From: a virus
Lineage: Duplodnaviria; Heunggongvirae; Uroviricota; Caudoviricetes
Reading direction: 5' to 3' (one strand)
Virus record (IMG/VR): IMGVR_UViG_2711768046_000005
Length of the DNA: 35,930 nt
Part shown: piece after piece, positions 27,038-35,612 of the stretch
Layout: each line of letters starts with the position of its first letter
How positions within the stretch are numbered: the stretch's first letter is position 1
The notes under the pieces: model-generated
What the model saw: only the letters and a program-made list of their open reading frames with translations
What the model was told of the DNA's origin: nothing
Databases searched by the model: none
Made by a program: the position numbers and the translations under genes

Positions 27038-28098
27038 AACACCACCTCCGGATGGGAAAGGTCAAATGTAATGAAGACCCGCTCTTTTCTTGGCCGAGAA
27101 GTCTCTCCCAGAATAATAACACATGAATCAGGCAAAATATTATATTGCTTTGCAGCTATATTATTCACATACACCTCACCACTTAAACTCGATATATAAA
27201 ACTCTGAACCAGAATATTTCACCTCAATAGTCCCGACCCCTGAATTATTAAAAGCCGCAGATTTATTTGTTGAAGAAATGATGACGGGTGGAGTGTTATC
27301 AGAGATTAACAATGCTCTATGAGAGTTGTAGAGAACGAATTTTTTTAGAGTCTGACACACATCAGCCATATCAGGTCTCTCACAAGGATTCGTATCTAAA
27401 CATTGGAAAAGCAATTCTTTTACCTGAGTTGGTAACTGTATATTAGAATTATCAAAAGGATTAGACAATAATTTTTTGGGTAAAACTCTCATTTCCGGTG
27501 GTAGTGGGGTCTTAGCCAAAAACATGGCCGTTACAGCAAAAGCATATGTATCTATGGATTTTGTAAACGCTACTTGATGTAAAAATAATTCAGGTGCAGC
27601 ATATGTTGGGGTTCCTTTAAAACCTATTGTATTAGCTTCATCAACATTTCTAGATAGTCCGAAGTCATAAATCTTCACTACTCCCTCAGAATCAATTTTC
27701 ATGTTCCCAGGCTTGATATCCCTATGAATAATATCATGAGAATGTATCTCAGAAATACCCGAAGATATTTGCCACAAAATTTTAATCAAATCTTCAGAAT
27801 TTAATATGCGATCCTCTACTTCCAATAATGAAGGTCCGTCAACATACTCTTCGACTATAGCAATTCCTTTACCTTGATAATTAATAACATCATAAAGCTC
27901 TACTACATGTTTTGATCTTAATTTCATCAATGCTGATAACTCATCCATCATTCGAGGAGAATCATCAGGATTACTTATGGACTTTATAGCGACAAATCTT
28001 TCGAGGTGAGTATCCAAGCATTTGATCACGCAACCAAATCCTCCCGAAGCCTCTTCTTCAGTCCTCTTATATCTTGCAGGGAGAGTAAAATTAGTCAT
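27034..28098 (-). CDS. Hanks-type Ser/Thr protein kinase with C-terminal FHA-like region (second gene of the cargo operon)
   Basis: 354 aa. Kinase motifs SGGFGCV, VAIK, HRDIKPGN, DFG and GTPTYAAPE are intact. C-terminal aa 262-345 have an FHA-like pattern (SLSGEVYVNN...ILPDSCVIILGE) but lack the canonical Arg/His. AAGGAG ribosome-binding site; 8-nt overlap with the phosphatase gene. Confidence 0.85.
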   Translation of the reverse strand: MTNFTLPARYKRTEEEASGGFGCVIKCLDTHLERFVAIKSISNPDDSPRMMDELSALMKLRSKHVVELYDVINYQGKGIAIVEEYVDGPSLLEVEDRILNSEDLIKILWQISSGISEIHSHDIIHRDIKPGNMKIDSEGVVKIYDFGLSRNVDEANTIGFKGTPTYAAPELFLHQVAFTKSIDTYAFAVTAMFLAKTPLPPEMRVLPKKLLSNPFDNSNIQLPTQVKELLFQCLDTNPCERPDMADVCQTLKKFVLYNSHRALLISDNTPPVIISSTNKSAAFNNSGVGTIEVKYSGSEFYISSLSGEVYVNNIAAKQYNILPDSCVIILGETSRPRKERVFITFDLSHPEVVL

Positions 28099-29257
28099 CT
28101 TTATCTCCTTTAGTGGAGTTTTTCTCAGAGAATGAAATATCTAACTGTGAAATATTATCTAACTTATCATTATTGTTAGCTTCGATAACATTCCTTCCCT
28201 CATCACTCTTTATATTACTATTTTTTTTCTTTGTACGTGATTTCCTTTTCGATACATTTTTTTTGTTAGAAATTTCATTACTGCATTCTAACTCAGTAAC
28301 TTTTCTATCAATAACATTTTCAACCGTAGCTGAGTTAGGTATATCTAACGGCGCAGGTTGCACGCTAATTACTTTCATCTCACCAAAAGGATCCCATAAA
28401 TTAATTACATCCCCAGATGATACATCCAAAGCACTTAGGATGTTCGAAATCTCAACTACCGCAATCGACGCATTATCAAATCCACCAAACCAACTAGCTA
28501 GATCTATAACTCTTTTAGCGAACACTCCAGTATTATTGGAGTGAGCATATAATTTTCTCAAATTATTACTGTCAATGGTATGAGCACCATCTGAAGTTAA
28601 TGCAACCACCCCAGGTACGAGCCGAATATCGTGAAAATGTATCTCAAGAACACCATCAAGACCTATAAACTGTACTAACTCGCCACCTAACCTAGAATCA
28701 ATAACACCTGAGTCACTACCAAGATGCTCATTATATTTCTTTGCCAATACAGCTAATGTATCATCCTCACTAATTTGTTTTATGTGTTCAGCATTAATGG
28801 AATATATGCGACTATCCCCGACATTTATTGCTGTAATGTTATCGGAGTCATCTACAGCTAAGGCAGATAACGTAGCCCCACCGTTCCCATTATATACTTT
28901 CAAAACCGATTCATTTGCTTTTAAAACGGCGATTTCAAGACATTGTCTAATTGGCAAGCCTGAGTGTTTAATTATCTCGGTAAAAAAAGATGATACGGTC
29001 AATGAAGCAGCATTCGCTCCCCCTTCCATCCCCCCCATACCATCTGCTAAAGCGATGACAATCATGTCCTTATTCTTACTAAAAGGACGAAATTTTAATA
29101 CAGCTACCCGGTCTTGGTTCTCTTTCCTAACTAAACCTATGTCTGTAGCAATAGCTGCAGGTAGCATAGATACTCTTCGTACAGATGAAGAGATATTTTT
29201 TCTATGCAGCCAAGCGTGTATCTGTTCATGAAGGATCTCGTAAGAGTCTCGACTCAC
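28091..29257 (-). CDS. PP2C-family (PPM) Ser/Thr phosphatase with Lys/Asn-rich low-complexity C-terminal tail (first gene of the cargo operon)
   Basis: 388 aa from a GTG start with AGGAGG upstream; an alternative ATG start lies at 29167. PPM motifs TDIGLVRKENQDR, ALADGMGG, NVGDSRIY, LTSDGAHT and DNASIAVV are present. The tail (aa 272-388) is rich in K, N, S and D. Confidence 0.8.
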   Translation of the reverse strand: MSRDSYEILHEQIHAWLHRKNISSSVRRVSMLPAAIATDIGLVRKENQDRVAVLKFRPFSKNKDMIVIALADGMGGMEGGANAASLTVSSFFTEIIKHSGLPIRQCLEIAVLKANESVLKVYNGNGGATLSALAVDDSDNITAINVGDSRIYSINAEHIKQISEDDTLAVLAKKYNEHLGSDSGVIDSRLGGELVQFIGLDGVLEIHFHDIRLVPGVVALTSDGAHTIDSNNLRKLYAHSNNTGVFAKRVIDLASWFGGFDNASIAVVEISNILSALDVSSGDVINLWDPFGEMKVISVQPAPLDIPNSATVENVIDRKVTELECSNEISNKKNVSKRKSRTKKKNSNIKSDEGRNVIEANNNDKLDNISQLDISFSEKNSTKGDKDD

Positions 29258-29478
29258 AGCGCCTCCTCAAGCAAGCATTTCTCCGAAGCTATAGATTACA
29301 AAACACTAACGGCAATTCCTAGCATTACCCACTCAATTCCATTAGAAAACTGACGTAGTACAGTTAGTTGAATATTATTGTGATGACGAATGCCAATCCT
29401 CTGATCACGCTGATTACAATATCACAACTCCCCGCTCTCCGATTCACAGTATTCAGTGATACAGAATATCACCTCGTA

Positions 29479-31764
29479 CTATATACATCGTTGATTTATT
29501 GGAAGCCCCGGCCACTCATCAACAACCGGATATGTAAATTTTTTCTCGCCATATGCCACCCTCGCACCTCGTGCTAGTACATCCAGCTCCCACCGTTCCG
29601 GCGTGATGCCATGCTGTGCGAGGTCAAACCGGATACGCGATATCTGGTCGCGCTGCGATTTAGTCAGCCTTGCCGATGGCGCAATTTCATTAGGTTTTAA
29701 CGGGCCTCCGTTTCTCTGCTGACGATTTGGTGTTCTCAGGCCGTGTTTTAATGCGCCCCTGAGCGCCCTCACTACATCCGGGTCATTCCATTCGATAACA
29801 CCTTCATCAACCAGATTAAGTACTGCTGCGGCGTGCTCAGAAGGTGTGGGAGCCGGTAACGAAGTATCACCACCAGTGAGCTTTCCACAGTTATTGACAG
29901 GACTCCGAGGCGCGACGATGCCGCTTTTTAAAGTCAAAGGCTCAACGACCGGAACTTTCGGCACAATGCGCCAGTCCGTCGTTCTGGTGATATGAATATG
30001 ACGCGCGCCGAGATGCGGCGCGTAAATGCCGACCACTCTCTCGACTTCTTCCTCGTACTCGTTAACTTCATCCGACGGGCTACGGGCGACTCTGACAGTC
30101 TGACAATCGCGCGGGACATTTGCCCCACCCTGCGCGCTGATATACAACGCAAAATCACCACTGTCTGCGGCGGCGCGTGCAGCCTCGACGCGCTCGTCAA
30201 ACTCATCAGCAATGCTGACGCCGCGCGGCAATTTGCGTAGTTCACGGTAAGCCCCCATTGTCGGCAGGCCAACCGTTTTAAATTGCGGGATGCGCCACGT
30301 TGACGCCCATGCGGTAACAGCCGCTGCAGTGTCTTTCAGCGGCCTGCCGGTGTCGTTATCGAGCTGACCATCCAGTGCATAGCCGTCGATGTTTTTTGAA
30401 ATGTATTTCGCGATATATCCCGCAGCACCGCCCCGGTTAAGGTGTTTTGCCTGAAAACGGTTTCGCGCGGCTCCTCTTTCGTCGCCATCCTCTTTGAGCG
30501 CATAGCGACGCATGATTTCGATAATCTGGTTACGCTGGCGTGAATTACAAAAAAGCATCATATGCCAGTGCGGCGTTCCGTCGTGGTGTGGCTCGACGAC
30601 ACGCAAACCGTAGACCTGTAAATCATTATCCTTGAATGCCGTGCGCATCAGGCTCCAGATACGGCAGAGATAACGCTGCGCATCCTTTGGATTAAATGCC
30701 TCATCGTTCCAGCCGTGATTAAGCTGCACGGTTTTACTTTCGCCTTTTCCTACCTGACGTGTCGGGTGATACTTTGACGGCGCGGTCAGCGTGATAAACA
30801 TCCCCACATCACCCTCTGCAGCGGCGTAACGCTCAATACCGGCAATGGTGTTCATCAGCTCCATCCGGCGAATTTCAGGATTAGAAATACTGCCCATCAC
30901 CTTACTGATAAGGTCGATGCGCTCGCCGGTTTCCCTGTTTTCAAGGTCACACGATTTAAGAAATTCCAGATTTGCCTGGCGGCGCGCACGCACATCACGA
31001 ATGGCGTGTTTACTGGCATAAGGAGAACGGTCTTTATTGACCTCCCCGACAGCTATCAGTAACGCTTCATGCCAGCGCATACGCTGGCCTTTAAGCTGAT
31101 GAGTCCACCACTCATCGTTAAACAGACGGGCAATGGCAGAATATGCCTGCCTCGTGGTCATCTGTCCTTTACGGTATTTTTTCCAGTAGAGCGGGGAAAT
31201 ATTGAAAGCACGTGCAGCGCCAGCAACATGACCATACAGGTGAGCCTGCGCCTCATCCGTAAACAGCGATTCTTTTTCACCATGCGCATCAACCCATGCA
31301 TCGCAGAGTTCCTCATACATCATGAAAAGCTGCGATGAGATACGGGCGGCAAACTTTTTCAGCTCCTTGTCATTCATTCCCGGCAGGCGCGCATAGTGGT
31401 CACGCTCTGCCAGAAACAGCAACGACGCGTCGGTGTTCATTTCATGGCGCTGATTCACACGCTCAATGCGCGGCCATAAACGACGCTGAAAAGTAGATGT
31501 GAGGAAATAAAACCCGTGCACCGGGCTTTTATTGCGCCGGATGTAGTCATAGCGTGAAGTAAACAGCGAGCGCAAAAAGTAAGGCAGGCGGTTAATCGTG
31601 GATAAAACACCTTGCACCTGACGCATCTCGTCACGTGTAAGAGGTCTTTCGCGCCCGACAGCCTCGCGTGGCGCGTTCCATGCATAAGCACCGGTAAATG
31701 CCTTACCGGTGCCTGCGGTAAATGCTGACGGAGGGACAAAACACCCGGAGGCTTTAACGGCCAT
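29479..31764 (-). CDS. A: Replication initiation protein A (rolling-circle nickase)
   Basis: 761 aa from the internal ATG (MAVKASG...), P2 gpA length. Conserved HxH nickase region (EPHHDGTPHWHMM) and active-site Tyr region (AGYIAKYISKNIDGY). Confidence 0.9.
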   Translation of the reverse strand: MAVKASGCFVPPSAFTAGTGKAFTGAYAWNAPREAVGRERPLTRDEMRQVQGVLSTINRLPYFLRSLFTSRYDYIRRNKSPVHGFYFLTSTFQRRLWPRIERVNQRHEMNTDASLLFLAERDHYARLPGMNDKELKKFAARISSQLFMMYEELCDAWVDAHGEKESLFTDEAQAHLYGHVAGAARAFNISPLYWKKYRKGQMTTRQAYSAIARLFNDEWWTHQLKGQRMRWHEALLIAVGEVNKDRSPYASKHAIRDVRARRQANLEFLKSCDLENRETGERIDLISKVMGSISNPEIRRMELMNTIAGIERYAAAEGDVGMFITLTAPSKYHPTRQVGKGESKTVQLNHGWNDEAFNPKDAQRYLCRIWSLMRTAFKDNDLQVYGLRVVEPHHDGTPHWHMMLFCNSRQRNQIIEIMRRYALKEDGDERGAARNRFQAKHLNRGGAAGYIAKYISKNIDGYALDGQLDNDTGRPLKDTAAAVTAWASTWRIPQFKTVGLPTMGAYRELRKLPRGVSIADEFDERVEAARAAADSGDFALYISAQGGANVPRDCQTVRVARSPSDEVNEYEEEVERVVGIYAPHLGARHIHITRTTDWRIVPKVPVVEPLTLKSGIVAPRSPVNNCGKLTGGDTSLPAPTPSEHAAAVLNLVDEGVIEWNDPDVVRALRGALKHGLRTPNRQQRNGGPLKPNEIAPSARLTKSQRDQISRIRFDLAQHGITPERWELDVLARGARVAYGEKKFTYPVVDEWPGLPINQRCI

Positions 31765-32029
31765 ATGAGCCAAAAGCCTCTGAACAACGCTTGCTGAGTT
31801 GCTCAACCTGCGCGTTTAAATCAGCAAAAGATTTTGCGCTTCCGGTCAGAATATCGTGATGCATCAGGCCGGAAACGAGCTGGCCTAATTTCGGGTAATA
31901 ACCAACCACCGCCAGCCATTCCTGACCGGCGTTTTTACCGCTTTCCGCTCTCTTTTTCTCGTGGAGAATAAACTGAAAGCTGTCACTGGTAACGACATAA
32001 CGTTCGCCAATTTCAATACGAATACTCAT
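31754..32029 (-). CDS. Small early protein (P2 orf83-like)
   Basis: 91-aa ORF immediately upstream of A with an 11-nt overlap. Position as in the P2 early operon. Confidence 0.55.
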   Translation of the reverse strand: MSIRIEIGERYVVTSDSFQFILHEKKRAESGKNAGQEWLAVVGYYPKLGQLVSGLMHHDILTGSAKSFADLNAQVEQLSKRCSEAFGSYGR

Positions 32030-32250
32030 GCCGTTCTCCGGTAATGTTTGTTTTTTGCTTCAAAGACTGACTGACAGGAAACACAACGCGTGGCTGACGG
32101 ATAAGCCGCACGACGGGCAGCAGGTATTGGCGCGTCACACTCTTCGCAAACCAGCGCAGAAACACCGCAATGTTTTACCCTTGCCGCGTTAATCTGGCGC
32201 TCCAGTAATTCAGCCTGTTGTTCCTGAATAAAATCCACGTTGTCCGGCAT
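32026..32250 (-). CDS. TraR/DksA-type C4 zinc-finger protein (P2 orf82-like)
   Basis: 74 aa with CEECDAPIP...CVSCQ four-Cys motif. Coupled to neighbouring ORFs. Confidence 0.65.
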   Translation of the reverse strand: MPDNVDFIQEQQAELLERQINAARVKHCGVSALVCEECDAPIPAARRAAYPSATRCVSCQSVFEAKNKHYRRTA

Positions 32251-32555
32251 TACCAGCTCCTTTTGTCGTTCAGCTTCTTAAATTCATCAGCGCAATAACT
32301 GGCGAGTTCTGTCGTTAATTTTGTCAGTTCATCCACTGAGGAAATTTGCTTGTGGAATACAGCGCGTTTAACAAGTAAATTGACCACATCAGACAGGAGG
32401 TTTAATTCACTCTGATAAATCGCGATAACAGATTCAGTTATTTCGCGCTTCTCTTTATCAATACCAAGTTGAATAAGAGACAAATCACCATTTTTCATAA
32501 CGGCGATTTTTAAGGCGTTATTCAGTAATACAACCGAACGAGAACAGGACATCAA
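32250..32555 (-). CDS. Small early protein (P2 orf81-like)
   Basis: 101-aa ORF in the early operon with an ATGA overlap to the upstream ORF. Confidence 0.55.
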   Translation of the reverse strand: MMSCSRSVVLLNNALKIAVMKNGDLSLIQLGIDKEKREITESVIAIYQSELNLLSDVVNLLVKRAVFHKQISSVDELTKLTTELASYCADEFKKLNDKRSW

Positions 32556-32776
32556 AGCACCTCCCCGCGAGACAATCCGATATTGTGAAATTTTTCCGAC
32601 TCCTGACTGAGCAGCTCAACTATCTCCACGCGGGATAACTCCGCCTTTGTGATGTGGCGAATCATGGCGTCAAGATGAGAAGAAAAGCGCGTCGCAGCGT
32701 CGGCCTGTGCTTCGGTTCTGGCCTGTTGCAGCAGTAATGCGTATTTACCGCACTGATTTTCAGAAACTGTATGCAT
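32552..32776 (-). CDS. Small early protein (P2 orf80-like)
   Basis: 74-aa ORF in the early operon, downstream of B. Confidence 0.55.
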   Translation of the reverse strand: MHTVSENQCGKYALLLQQARTEAQADAATRFSSHLDAMIRHITKAELSRVEIVELLSQESEKFHNIGLSRGEVL

Positions 32777-32839
32777 GACTTTCTCCAGGCAAAAAGAAGC
32801 CCCGCACGATTAAGTGCGTTAAAAACTCTGGTTAATTAC

Positions 32840-33340
32840 TTAATGCAGATATTGCTCTGGTTTTACCGACGTCAGAATTGTCGGTGCATACTCAAACAGG
32901 CTGAATAATTCACGTAATGCACGGAATAAAGCATCACGCCAGTAACATGACTCTTCATTAATTCGCCAGTATGGCTGGTTAAATTCTTTTTCAGTCAATC
33001 CGGCATGCATAAATAAAGTACGACGCTGACTGACTGTTAAAAAACTAATATATGCATACTCACTTGCACCGACCTGACGACGTTTTGAGAATGCCCCACG
33101 CAATTCATCAATTGCACATACCAGTCGTTCACGTTCGACGTCGTTCATTTCTTCAAAACGCATCGTTGCGTGACGCTGTTTTAACTGCGCATGAAAGCAA
33201 ACTGTTAGCCGTTCGCGCTCCATCATCTGATTATAATAATCACATGTATCCTGCCAGCGAGGAACGGCAAGATGCTTACCAATTATCCGGCGCATAGCTG
33301 CTGGCTGTTTTTCAACGAGATTGAGCGTCATCACTGTCAT
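32840..33340 (-). CDS. B: Replication protein B (helicase-loader-like)
   Basis: 166 aa from the third ATG, with GGAGGG 7 nt upstream. P2 gpB length and position. Confidence 0.8.
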   Translation of the reverse strand: MTVMTLNLVEKQPAAMRRIIGKHLAVPRWQDTCDYYNQMMERERLTVCFHAQLKQRHATMRFEEMNDVERERLVCAIDELRGAFSKRRQVGASEYAYISFLTVSQRRTLFMHAGLTEKEFNQPYWRINEESCYWRDALFRALRELFSLFEYAPTILTSVKPEQYLH

Positions 33341-33531
33341 TTCCATACCCTCCGGCTTTTCAGAAAGGTCAGAGCCTTTTTTAACGGACTCTGTTTTTTG
33401 GTGCGGATAATGATTCCCTTACGCCCCTTACCGTGGGTGATGGTGAAGTCAATCGCCCTGGGGCTTTCGTTACGCAGTAACTGAGCAATACAACGAGGCT
33501 CATTCATACGGTTCTCCTTAACGTGGTTCAC
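33337..33531 (-). CDS. Small early protein (P2 orf78-like); start uncertain
   Basis: 64-aa basic ORF between cox and B. Confidence 0.45.
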   Translation of the reverse strand: MNHVKENRMNEPRCIAQLLRNESPRAIDFTITHGKGRKGIIIRTKKQSPLKKALTFLKSRRVWK

Positions 33532-33793
33532 CGAGACCTAACCACATCAACCAGCCGTCACGAATCTCTTTAGGTCGGCTTTCATAAGCCAGTTTTAGTC
33601 CGTTATTCCATGCCGGAAGGTATACCCAATATTCACCTGCACGACCTGAAGCTGATTGTGGATCGGTCATATCAATTACAGGCAGCTTTCCTTTATCGAT
33701 CATCCGACGAACCGCTCCTGTCGATTTTCCTATTAGTTTTGCGAACTCCTGATAAGGAATCGCATCAGTCATGAGTGTTACTTGCTTGCTCAT
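33518..33793 (-). CDS. cox: Cox (excisionase and early-operon regulator)
   Basis: 91 aa (MSKQVTLMTDAIPYQEFAKLIGKSTGAVRRMIDKGKLP...), P2 Cox length. First gene of the leftward early operon, divergent from C. Confidence 0.9.
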   Translation of the reverse strand: MSKQVTLMTDAIPYQEFAKLIGKSTGAVRRMIDKGKLPVIDMTDPQSASGRAGEYWVYLPAWNNGLKLAYESRPKEIRDGWLMWLGLGEPR

Positions 33794-33830
33794 GTCGTCC
33801 TCTAGCCCTCATGAATTGCGTTTAATGTCT

Positions 33831-33836
33831 TATAAT
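33831..33836 (+). promoter_or_regulatory. Putative Pc -10 hexamer (TATAAT) for the C-int transcript
   Basis: Perfect TATAAT on the plus strand about 70 bp upstream of the C ATG. The -35 is weak. Position implies face-to-face overlap with the Pe transcript, as described for P2. Confidence 0.4.
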
Positions 33837-33874
33837 GCCTTTTAGTGCCCACATCCAAGCACTAAACAATCTAC

Positions 33875-33914
33875 ATCTAAACTAAATACTATTGAGATCT
33901 AAACACCATGTCAA
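33875..33914 (-). promoter_or_regulatory. Pe early promoter (-35 TTGACA at 33909..33914, -10 TAGTAT at 33886..33891) with two C-repressor operator half-sites ATCTAAAC at 33875..33882 and 33897..33904
   Basis: Two identical 8-bp direct repeats 22 bp centre to centre flank the -10 of a minus-strand sigma70-like promoter (17-bp spacer). This is the operator architecture described for P2 C repressor. Confidence 0.55.
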
Positions 33915-34207
33915 ACACGATAAGCGAGAAGATAGTCTTAATGCGAAAATCAGAGTATTTGAGCAGACAACAACTTGCTGATTTAACAGGGGTTCCGTAT
34001 GGCACGCTGAGTTACTATGAAAGTGGTCGTTCAACACCTCCAACAGATGTCATGATGAACATCCTGCAGACCCCACAATTCACCAAATACACTTTATGGT
34101 TCATGACCAATCAGATCGCTCCTGAGTCCGGGCAAATTGCGCCCGCTCTCGCACACTTTGGGCAAAACGAAACAACGTCGCCCCACTCCGGTCAAAAGAC
34201 TGGTTAA
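33908..34207 (+). CDS. C: Immunity repressor C
   Basis: 99 aa (MSNTISEKIVLMRKSEYLSRQQLADLTGVPYGTLSYYESGRSTPP...), P2 C length, helix-turn-helix region. Upstream of int. Confidence 0.9.
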   Translation: MSNTISEKIVLMRKSEYLSRQQLADLTGVPYGTLSYYESGRSTPPTDVMMNILQTPQFTKYTLWFMTNQIAPESGQIAPALAHFGQNETTSPHSGQKTG

Positions 34208-34322
34208 CAATTCATCGTGAATATATTCATCACAAGTGCCTACTATTGGTGGCTAAATTTCAGCCACCACGAAAAAAGCGATTAGTAGTCGCAAAAAAAC
34301 ACACCACTCGGAGGGTTTTCTG

Positions 34323-35336
34323 ATGGCAATCAAAAAACTCGATGATGGTCGATATGAAGTGGACATCCGCCCTACTGGACGTAATGGAAAACGCATCCGT
34401 AGGAAGTTTGATAAGAAAAGCGAAGCTGTCGCTTTCGAGAAATACACGTTGTACAACCACCACAATAAAGAATGGCTATCAAAACCAACAGACAAGCGAC
34501 GTCTGTCGGAGCTGACACAGATCTGGTGGGATTTAAAGGGTAAACACGAAGAGCATGGGAAATCTAATCTTGGAAAAATTGAAATCTTCACAAAAATAAC
34601 GAATGACCCATGCGCATTTCAAATTACGAAATCGCTTATCAGCCAGTACTGCGCCACCCGAAGAAGTCAGGGTATTAAACCTTCGAGTATCAATCGTGAT
34701 TTAACATGTATTAGCGGCATGTTTACAGCCCTGATTGAAGCGGAGTTATTCTTTGGTGAGCACCCTATCAGAGGGACAAAAAGGCTTAAGGAGGAAAAAC
34801 CAGACACAGGCTATCTCACGCAGGAAGAAATTGCCTTACTGCTTGCTGCTCTTGACGGCGACAACAAAAAGATTGCGATTCTTTGCCTGAGTACTGGAGC
34901 ACGTTGGGGAGAAGCAGCTCGTTTGAAAGCAGAAAATATCATCCATAACCGCGTCACGTTTGTTAAAACGAAAACAAACAAACCACGCACCGTCCCGATC
35001 TCAGAGGCTGTTGCCAAAATGATCGCGGATAACAAACGAGGTTTTTTATTCCCTGATGCTGATTACCCTCGCTTCAGACGAACAATGAAAGCAATAAAAC
35101 CGGATTTGCCAATGGGGCAAGCCACACATGCACTAAGGCACAGCTTTGCCACTCATTTCATGATTAATGGAGGAAGTATTATCACGCTACAACGGATACT
35201 AGGTCACACGCGGATTGAGCAAACTATGGTTTACGCTCATTTTGCGCCAGAGTACCTTCAGGACGCCATTTCTCTTAATCCGCTAAGAGGTGGTACTGAG
35301 GCCGAGAGTGTCCACACAGTGTCCACAGTAGAGTAA
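34323..35336 (+). CDS. int: Tyrosine integrase
   Basis: 337 aa, P2 Int length. Catalytic signature ARWGEA ... HALRHSFAT ... LGH ... VYAH. Ends 80 bp before attR. Confidence 0.9.
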   Translation: MAIKKLDDGRYEVDIRPTGRNGKRIRRKFDKKSEAVAFEKYTLYNHHNKEWLSKPTDKRRLSELTQIWWDLKGKHEEHGKSNLGKIEIFTKITNDPCAFQITKSLISQYCATRRSQGIKPSSINRDLTCISGMFTALIEAELFFGEHPIRGTKRLKEEKPDTGYLTQEEIALLLAALDGDNKKIAILCLSTGARWGEAARLKAENIIHNRVTFVKTKTNKPRTVPISEAVAKMIADNKRGFLFPDADYPRFRRTMKAIKPDLPMGQATHALRHSFATHFMINGGSIITLQRILGHTRIEQTMVYAHFAPEYLQDAISLNPLRGGTEAESVHTVSTVE

Positions 35337-35415
35337 CGTTTAAGGGCTTTCAGTGGTAATTTATGCCGCTCAAACCCGCATTGTACCGTTGAAAGCCCCT
35401 ACTGGTGACACCCTA

Positions 35416-35442
35416 AATCTCCCTTACACGGGCTTATTTTTT
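35416..35442. repeat. attR core (27 bp, identical to attL)
   Basis: Exact direct repeat of 1507..1533, adjacent to int. Confidence 0.8.
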
Positions 35443-35612
35443 ATACATAAACCATAGAGACGGATTGATCCCAGGTCACCGTCTTCCATTGACCACATCG
35501 ATAGAATCTCCCTTCATAGCACGATGCCTTTCACGTAACGGCATCGTGCTCGCACAGGTTCCGGCTAAGCACAACCAGAACGCGGATGTTTGACGCTTAC
35601 CAAAAAATATTC

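Larger units (their letters stand above)
1507..35442. mobile_element. P2-like prophage (Peduovirus-type), apparently intact, integrated at the cyaR 3' end
   Basis: Bounded by identical 27-bp direct repeats. Contains a full collinear set of P2-like structural, lysis, replication, immunity and integrase ORFs with lengths equal to the P2 proteins. A cos-like site and the E/E' frameshift are present. Confidence 0.85.
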
